55,508 bases of DNA from Octopus bimaculoides. Its lineage: Eukaryota. Position numbers and translations under genes: made by a program. Below the pieces are notes generated by a model, which was not told where the DNA came from, searched no databases, and saw nothing but the letters and a program-made list of their open reading frames with translations. Below, in pieces: positions 47,893-55,508 of the stretch. The stretch covers positions 114,593,638 through 114,649,145 of the forward strand of contig NC_068981.1 of assembly GCF_001194135.2 (NCBI RefSeq), read 5' to 3'. How positions within the stretch are numbered: position 1 is the stretch's first letter; each line of letters starts with the position of its first letter.

Positions 47893-48392
47893 GCCTTGAT
47901 GCAGTACCAGGCACTGACTCTCATAACCTTTGATTTTAACTGATTGGAAGTGCTATCATATACATGTTTTGTTTTGGTATGAAAGATGAGCTACAGCAAA
48001 TATTCAGCTCAATACCACAGATTTGCTTGGTGCTTGCTTGACCTTAACCAGTTGAGCATGTCCCTTAGTGGCTGACGATATGTGCATCTCTGATCACGAG
48101 CAGAAGTAGTGGGCGGGGGGCATCATAGCCATGTGTTGAGAGCAATTCTTTGGAGTTTGAATAATTCACCTCTGGTATTTCGTTCACCATCTTTAAACAA
48201 CCTTTATTCAGGAGCCTTTTGAATGGGATGAGATACTCAACCCGAAGAAAATTCTATCTGGGTCTCATCTGTAAGGTCATGTGCTGTGCATGAAGTAACC
48301 TTATCAGACTGGTAGTTATGATGGGTATATTGGGCTTCATATACTTTACCCCAGTGTCACTTTGATGGTAAGCATTGCTCTCTCACTCAATA
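47893..48392. mobile_element. ~500-bp interspersed repeat (SINE-like, microsatellite-associated), copy 1
   Basis: Reverse complement of 54645-55185; short fragment also at 53290-53352; preceded by (AAT)n. Confidence 0.8.
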
Positions 48393-48695
48393 AACAACTA
48401 TGACGATTTGAAGTGGGAAATACGAAGGTTGTGATCAATGAGGAGAGTAGACGTGATACCAATAGTAATTGGCGCACTTTTAAGTATCAGCACTCAACTT
48501 CCAACATGGCTTAAAAAGAGTGGTGCAAGTGTGAAAGTAGAACACCTACAAAAACCAGCATTGCTTGGAACTGCAAGAATTCTTCGCAGGGTTCTTGAAG
48601 CAAGACCAGTAAACAAATGTCTGCTGGCTGTGGACAGCTGACACTTTCCATCATACCCAGCAAAATAAGCTGTGAGGTTTCATATAATGATAATA
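48393..48695 (+). mobile_element. R4/Dong-like LINE 3' fragment
   Basis: YDDLKWEIRRL...VDVIPIVIGAL...HLQKPALLGTARILRRVLE. Confidence 0.85.
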
Positions 48696-48890
48696 CTCTT
48701 TTACTTGTTTCAGTCATTTGACTGCGGCCATGCTGGAGCACCANNNNNNNNNNATCCACTCACAAGTCTTTGGTCGGCCTGAGGCTATAGTAGAAGACAC
48801 TTGCCCAAGGTGCCACGCAGTGGGAATGAACCTGAAACCATGTGGCTGGTAAGCAAGCTACTTACCACACAGCCACTCCCACACCTATAA
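48696..48890 (-). mobile_element. tRNA-derived SINE (gap inside)
   Basis: Reverse complement of ggagtggctgtgtggtaagtagcttgc...ggttcattcccactgcgtggcaccttgggcaag. Confidence 0.85.
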
Positions 48891-48919
48891 TAATAATAAT
48901 AATACTAGTAATAATAATA

Positions 48920-49141
48920 ATAATAAAGCATTTTCAATACAGTAACCATAAGAGCATCACAACAAACCACAGCACATACCCAAAGCACACAGAGCTGCGC
49001 TCGGTAGTGAAGTGAAAGCACGNNNNNNNNNNAGAGCATCACAACAAACCACAGCACATACCCAAAGCACACAGAGCTGCGCTCGGTAGTGAAGTGAAAG
49101 CACGTTATAAAAATAAAACTACTGAATAATAATAATAATAA
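48920..49141 (+). mobile_element. R4/Dong-like 3' UTR fragment in (AAT)n
   Basis: Same sequence as 31190-31312; the internal duplication across the 10-N gap is likely an assembly artefact. Confidence 0.75.
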
Positions 49142-49142
49142 A

Positions 49143-50590
49143 ATTTGTGATGGATGGTCCTCCTGATACAGGAGGACTTCTAGGGATGATCGAGAAACCC
49201 CGCCAACCAAGATCGCCCTAAATACCATGGACAAATACCTTTTCCAACTCCTTTCCTCCGACTCACAGGTCTACACTGAGAGTGGTACCATCCACTCTTG
49301 CCATACTCGCAGCTTTCACCCACCTTTTCATAAATTCACTCGAGGACAGCGCCTCCCTCTCCACCCTCACTTTCCTTTTCGAGTGAAACTTGAAAGTCGA
49401 TGAGGGCTTTACCAAAGACGAATGTCTCTGTCCTCATTCCTTTCAGCCTCATCCACCAAACAACCTCTTTTGGCACAGCAACAAGGCAAAGGAAAACTGC
49501 TTTGCCTGCCCGATTAAAGTAGGGCAGCAGGGCAATCATCACTATTCACGCGGGTGACAGACGGATCCGTCCCACACCCTTCAGCAGCTGTTCGGCATAA
49601 TTCCCACAAGTCAACAATAACCGAACACTCAACGAGTGTATGCATAATGGTTTCCTCGCCTTGTGGGCACCTCGGACAAGGCCATCTGACAGAATATCCG
49701 TACCTGTAGAGTTTATCTTGAACCGGTAGCACCCTGCGGTAGCACTGCCAAGCCAAAGACATATGGGGATTATCCATAATAGTCCCCGATCGAAAAGTCC
49801 TCCGGAACAGACTAGTCAGTTCATCTTTGTCAACGCCCACAGTCTCCCTTAGGATATCGTCGCACTTTCCCGCCACTAATCCTCTATAAATAGCTAAAGT
49901 GGAACATCCACCGATCCTGTTGCCCGACTGGTAGAGGACAGTGAACGCCTGACGATATTCTAAGTGCCAGGCACCCAGTCTTGGTCTATCCTTCACCCAG
50001 AACTGCTACTCGTCAAAGAGACGAGTTGCGGAAATACGTGTCTCACAAATGGAGCCCACACGCATTCACCTTTTATAAAGCATTGCAGGTGGTGCAACCG
50101 GAGCGCATATCTACGCATCAAAATCCACAGCATGCCTAAGCCAACACTCAGAGGGAGCTGACAGCAGATTGACCACCTGACCATTGGAACGCGTCCCTTC
50201 TACAAGAACATGAACAAGAGACGCTCCAACTTGATCAAGCAATAATGGGGTAAGGCACGACGGTTAGACGATAAATGGATGCGGAGGCGATGTAGGCATC
50301 TGCCACCTCTGCTCGACCTTTCAGGGACAGTTTCTTCTCAGCCCATTTCTGGGTAAGACTGGTCACCCACTTCATCACCTCGTCCCAGTTCTTATTCACC
50401 TGGAGGTCAGGACCAAACTAAACCCCGAGCAGTTTAACTGGTCCGTCAGTCCAGTATCCGACGACGCCAGCTGACAGTATTGACCTGCCTCCACAGATGC
50501 TCAGTCGCAAGCCCACCGATATCTCAGCATTGATTTTAGCCCCTGCAACCGATTCATATTCTTCAAGAATGGAGCCAACTATCTCCACTT
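49143..50590 (-). mobile_element. Tx1/L1-clade LINE, 3' portion
   Basis: YESVAGAKIN, VKLLGV.FG, W....LSLKGRAEV; zf-RVT CPRCPQGEETIMHTLVEC; GC-richer than the flanks. Confidence 0.85.
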
Positions 50591-53280
50591 CTGGTGGAAA
50601 AGAAGAATACAGACAGGGTTAGATATGCTCTCGAATGACATTTCTGTGTTAGATCGAAAAGAGAAAGGGGAGCTTAAAAGCGAACAGGGTGCTGAATACA
50701 GGGTGCTGAAAAGGAAGTGTAATACTGAAAGTGGTAATGGAGGAACTGAAACAACGCCTCGTTGCAAAGAAAGCAAAGATGGTAAGATACGACTAAAGAA
50801 TGAAGGGTTACCAGTAGAATAGGTTATTCAGAGTAGATCAGAAGGGATTCTATAAAGAAATAAATGGAGAGTGTACAGATGAAAAGTTGATACCAGATAA
50901 CATTGAAAGTCAAGGGTTTTGAAGTGACATCTGGAGCAAAGACAAAGAGCACAAGAAGGATGCTGAATGGTTGCAAGAACTGAAACAAACAGTAGTCTGT
51001 CCAAAACAGGCAGAACTAGTCATTTCAGTTAGGGAAGTGAAGGAAATTAGCAAAAAATGAGCAACTGGAAGGCCCCGGGCCCAGATGGAGTTCAAGGCTA
51101 CTGGATCAAAAGATTTGGTGAATGTCATACACGAATAGCTGTGCAACTCAACACCTTGTTAAATTCCGACCAAGTAGCACCAGAGTGGTTGACATTGGGT
51201 GAGACAGTGCTGTGCCTGAAAAACATCAGAAAAGGCAATACGGTAGACAATTGCAGGCTGATATCCTGTTTGCCACATATGCGGAAGTTAGTGACTGGAA
51301 CACTCGCAAAGTCAATGTACGAACATCTGGAAAAAAAATGGAGTTCTGTAACATGAGCAGAAGGGTTGCAAGTGTAAGTGCAGAGGTACCAAGGATCAAC
51401 TCCTGATAGACAAAAGTGTACTTAGAGACTGCAAGAGGAAGAAAACTAATTTAGCCACGTCATGGATCGACTATCGTAAGGCGTACGAAATGATCCCACA
51501 TTCTTGGATTATGGAATGTGAACCTATTTGGTATTGCATCGAATGTTGAGCGATTGCTTGGAAAAAGTATGGCGAATTGGAGGACAGACATGACAGCATA
51601 AGGAAGAAGTTTAGGGACTGTAGAAATCAGGAGGGGCATCTTCCAAGGGGACTGCCTGTCCCCACTGATCTTTGCACTGTGCATGATACCACTAACACTG
51701 ATTCTGAAGAAAATAAAAGCTGGGTTTGTATTCAAGAGCTGCAAATAAAAAGTCAACCATTTGTTATTCATGGATGACCTCAAACTTTATGGTAAAGATG
51801 AATCCCAAGTCAGTTCCTTCGTCGATACGTTGTATACTTTCAGTGCTGATATCAGAATAGAGTTCGGACTGAGAAAGTGTGATGTGTTAGTCTTGAAGAG
51901 AGGCAAAATAAAATGTATGGACGGGCTAACGATACCGTCGGGTGAGTTTATGAAGCAGATAGAAGAGACGGGTTATAAGTACACGGCGATTTTGGAAATG
52001 GATAAATTAATGGAGAAAGAAATGATAGAAAAATTTAAGGTGGAGTACTTGCGCAGACTGAGACTGATCCTTAAGTCAAAATTAAACGGATGGAATTAGA
52101 TAGTAGCTATCAACACCTGGGTGGTTTCACTCCTTAGATATGGAGCAGAGGTAATCGCACGAACAATAGATGAACTAAACAGTTTAGACAGAAAGACAAG
52201 GAAGTTGCTGAGTAGATATGGGACACTCCACCCAAAAAGTGACACAGACAGACTGTATGTACCAAGAAAAAGAGGGGGAAGAGGACTGATTAGAGGTGAA
52301 CACAGCATTAGAGCAGAAGAAAACAACATAGCATAGTATGTAAAAAATGCTATTATTGGAAGTAAGGTCAGGCTTGTGTAGGATGAAAATTGCTAAGATA
52401 AAGCACTGTACAAGCACTTGAGAATGAATGAAACTGAAAATAGGTGGGTAAAGAAAAGAATGCATGGACAATTTCATAGGGATGTTGAAGATACTACAGA
52501 CAGAGAAAAGAGATGGCTATGGATGACTAAAAGAGATTTAAAACCGGAAACAGAGGCTCTAATCTGTGCTGCCCAAGAGCAAGTATTAAGAACAAATTAC
52601 ATAAAATACAGAATAGACAACACATCAGAAAGTGATAAGTGCAGAATTTGTGGACAAAATGGTGAATCCGTATGGCATATTACCAGCCAATGTACGCCAC
52701 TAGGTGAGAAGGAATATAAGAGACGTCACGACAATATAGCAGGGCTTGTCCATTGGACACTTTGCAACATGTATGGACTTGATAGAGCAAAAAATTGGTA
52801 CGACCACAAACCCGAAGTATCATCGAAAATGATAATTCAAAGATCCTATGGGATTTTATGATTCAGTGCGACCATGAGATAAAGAATAGGATTCCATATA
52901 TAGTATTAATTGAGAAAGAAAGTAAATTATGCTGGATCATAGAAATAGCATGCCCAGCTGATAACAATGTATGCAATAGGGAAGAAAGAAAAGTCGATAG
53001 ATATGACAGGTTAGCTTGGAAGGTTTAGCAGTTGTGGTCGATGAAAAAGGTGGTAGTCGTACCAATAATTGTCGGAGCCCTAGGAACAATGAGGGTGGAG
53101 CACTTGCAGAAAACAGCACTGCTTGGAACCGCTCGAATACTCCGGAAGGCGCTCGAAAAATAAGAGGTGTTACCTTAGTTCACTGGTAGTGAACAGCTGA
53201 AACCGTAGTACATCTCTAGCGTTAGAAGCTGTGCAAAGGCTATAATAGTAACAACAACAACAACAACAACAACAATAAAA
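50591..53280 (+). mobile_element. R4/Dong-clade non-LTR retrotransposon, 5'-truncated, antisense in intron
   Basis: [95 protein letters not shown]...IEIACP, QKTALLGTARILRK; (AAC)n tail. Confidence 0.95.
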
Positions 53281-53409
53281 ATAATAATTGTCCTAATGCA
53301 GCACCAGGCACTGACTCTCATGGCTTCTGATCTTAACTGACTGGAAGTGTTAATTCTTTCTACTGTAGGCACAAGGCCTGAAATTTTTGGGGAAAGAAGT
53401 ATAAATAAT

Positions 53410-53785
53410 AGATGTTGCAATACCAGACAATTCAAGGGTGAGATGTAAGGAAACAAAAAGATTGAGAAATACCAGCCACTGCAGGACGAGATAGGAAAGT
53501 TGTGGGGCATAAGGAAAGTAATGGTGATACCAGTGGTAACTGGAGCATTAGTAGCAGTTTTGAAGGGTTTTGAAAAAACATATTAAGAATATTGGAGCTG
53601 ATGTCAGGCTCGAGGTGATCCAGAAGACATCATTGTTGGGTACAGTTCACATTCTAAGAAGAGTATTGTCTCTTTGAGTCACAGGAGAAGGTATTACTTG
53701 AAACCTTTGGTGATTTGTTGTTGCCTGCTTTCAAGTAAAGAATAACTGGTAATTTCGAACTATCCAAGAGTCTTTCAGAAAAATA
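53410..53785 (+). mobile_element. R4/Dong-like 3' fragment, same family as 38940-39340
   Basis: Near-identical to the 3' end of the 37605-39355 element (EKYQPLQDEIGKLWG...QKTSLLGTVHILRR). Confidence 0.9.
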
Positions 53786-53812
53786 ATAATAATAATAATA
53801 ATATTAATAATG

Positions 53813-53895
<83 letters not shown>

Positions 53896-53938
53896 AAGAA
53901 GAAGAAGAAGAAGAAGAAGAAGAAGAAGAAGGAGAAGA
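53783..53938. repeat. (AAT)n followed by (AAG)n microsatellite
   Basis: Directly visible. Confidence 0.97.
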
Positions 53939-54371
53939 TTAATGGGGTTTTTATAGAGAAAGCGATGACATCGAGGAAAGTAGAAATGAAGTGAGGAAAT
54001 GATACTTTAGGGAATATAAAACAAGTACATAACTGAAGTTAAAAGACAAAAAAAAAAAAATCAACGCGAGTAAAATGGCGACAGAAGAAAAGAAAAATGT
54101 AGAAACAAAGCTAAAAATATTAGAAACTGCCATATTAAAATGATGATATGAAAATCTTGTACATGATCAATACCTGAAGAAAGTGAACAGAGTGAAAGTA
54201 GACAAGAACAATTATGAATTCTATGATTTGTGAAGAATGATGGACAAGTATGATAATTGTATCTTCGTAAAGAACATTAGAGACATATATGAAATACACC
54301 TAAATAAGACATGACACTATTTAACTCTACTCCTAGAAATAAAACATTACAAAATATAAAAAGAGGCTTGC

Positions 54372-54528
54372 CTTTGCAAACGTAACACAAATGGTAGTAT
54401 CTTCCGACGTAACCTGCGCAACACCAGCATCTTCTTGTGTGAAACTGCTTCTTAACCAAAACCAGTTTATGACCTTCATAGCAGATTTCCTTAACAAGCT
54501 TTTCTTTTCTATCAACATCTGGAAATCC
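54372..54528 (-). CDS. DEF8-like exon, first half of C1A: GFPDVDRKEKLVKEICYEGHKLVLVKKQFHTRRCWCCAGYVGRYYHLCYVCK(G)
   Basis: H-x13-C-x2-C-x13-C-K; donor AAAG|GCAAGC (GC-AG) at the same codon position and phase as the C1B exon; completes a full C1 only when joined to 47798-47734; acceptor ttttcag is short, so the exact 5' edge is less certain. Confidence 0.85.
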
Positions 54529-54644
54529 CTGAAAATTATTATTATTATTATTATTGTTGTTGTTGTTGTTGTTATTGTTGCTGTTGTTGCTGTTATTGTT
54601 GTTGCCTTTGTCATCGCTGTCATTATTATTTCTATTATTATTGA

Positions 54645-55185
54645 GTGAGAGAGCAGTGCATGTCATCAAAGTGATACAGGGGTAAAATATACGAAACCCA
54701 GAATACCCACCATGACTAACCATCTGATAAGGATACACCAGGCACATGCACCACAACCATATGTGCACCACAACGACATGGTGATCTTATATCAAGATAA
54801 ACAGCACATGACCTTGCAAGTGAGACAGAAGTTAAAATTTTCTTCAGGTCGAGTAGCCCATCCTGCTTAAAAGGTCTCTGAATAAGGGCTATCTAAAGAT
54901 GTTGAACGAAATACCCATGTTTCCAGAGATGAATTATTCAAACTCCAAAGAATTTCTCTCAACACATGGCTATGATGCTCCCCCACTACTTCTGCTCATG
55001 ATCAGAGATGCACATATCATCAGCCATGAAGAGACATGCTCAACTGGTTAAGGTCAAGCAACTGACAAGCAAATCTGTGGTATTGAGCAGAATATTTGCT
55101 GTAGCCCATCCATTATACCAAGACAAACAATGTACATGATAACACTTCCATTAATTTAAGATGAGAAGCCAAGTGGTTGGCTGCA
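54645..55185. mobile_element. ~500-bp interspersed repeat, copy 2 (opposite orientation to 47893-48392)
   Basis: gagtgagagagcagtgc...gagatgcacatatc...aatctgtggtattgagc...aacacttcca is complementary to copy 1. Confidence 0.8.
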
Positions 55186-55394
55186 TATGAGTGATTTATC
55201 GCCTGTTTATCACTTTTGCTTTGATTTACATCAGCTAAGGACATGTTATTTGTAACAGCAATGATCCTTCTTGAAATTCCCAAGCTTTTCTAATGCTGAA
55301 TTGAGAGACGGTAACCAAGCAAAGTTCTCAGGGTAGAGAGATAAGGATGGGTGGTGGAAACAGAATATAAATGACAAGGAAAGAAAACATATTC

Positions 55395-55508
55395 ATGCAT
55401 GCATGACTACATGCACACAAACACATACATACATACATACATACATACATACATACATGCATACATACAGATATACATGCATAGATACATATATATATAT
55501 ATATGTGT
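55395..55508. repeat. (CATA)n/(TA)n microsatellite
   Basis: Directly visible. Confidence 0.9.

Larger units (their letters stand above)
30239..54528 (-). other. Gene span: DEF8-like protein with tandem C1 domains + Rubicon-homology domain (11 coding exons found, 5'-partial)
   Basis: Exons 54528-54372, 47798-47734, 45926-45800, 45023-44959, 41878-41788, 39692-39568, 35728-35615, 34414-34337, 32978-32808, 31673-31519 and 30305-30239 join in frame (1215 nt = 404 aa + stop); every junction is phase-compatible; 9 GT-AG introns and 1 GC-AG intron. Confidence 0.9.

Noticed and set aside
48952-49103. Identical 71-bp blocks on either side of a 10-N gap
   Set aside because: Typical contig-end overlap artefact.
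45800-54528. Exons 54528-54372 and 45926-45800 as mutually exclusive alternatives (same phases, same half-domain)
   Set aside because: A dedicated second-half exon at 47798-47734 completes C1A and restores phase, so tandem domains fit better.
55145-55255. MSLADVNQSKSDKQAINHSYAANHLASHLKLME as the start exon of the DEF8-like gene
   Set aside because: The DEF8-like HLKLME part is the reverse complement of the neighbouring repeat's end, and the donor (GTGTTA) is weak; unsupported.

Overview
AT-rich, repeat-dense eukaryotic scaffold with nine N-gaps. The RTE/R4/Penelope/SINE repertoire and microsatellite style point to a coleoid cephalopod, most likely Octopus (inference, not checked). Two host genes converge tail-to-tail. 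(1) The terminal coding exon of BOP1 lies on + at 12177-12330. (2) An 11-exon minus-strand gene (54528 down to 30239, N-terminus outside the window or unresolved) was assembled by hand from splice signals and reading phase. It gives a 404-aa open frame with TWO tandem C1 zinc fingers followed by a complete Rubicon-homology (RH) domain, i.e. a divergent DEF8-like protein with an extra C1 domain. Only four of its exons appear in the supplied ORF track. Between the two genes is a motif-rich promoter (about 25690-25770) with no recognisable gene. The rest is mostly decayed mobile DNA: a mariner, several RTE LINEs with a ~58-bp VNTR tail, R4/Dong-like RLE LINEs sitting in (AAT)n tracts, a Tx1/L1 fragment, a CR1/Jockey-like fragment, three Penelope-like elements (two Naiad-type), tRNA-headed SINEs, MITEs, a Helitron-like junction and a ~145-bp minisatellite. 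No prokaryotic features, CRISPR arrays, rRNA or intact tRNA genes were seen. All alignments were done by eye and from memory of the families; none were computed.
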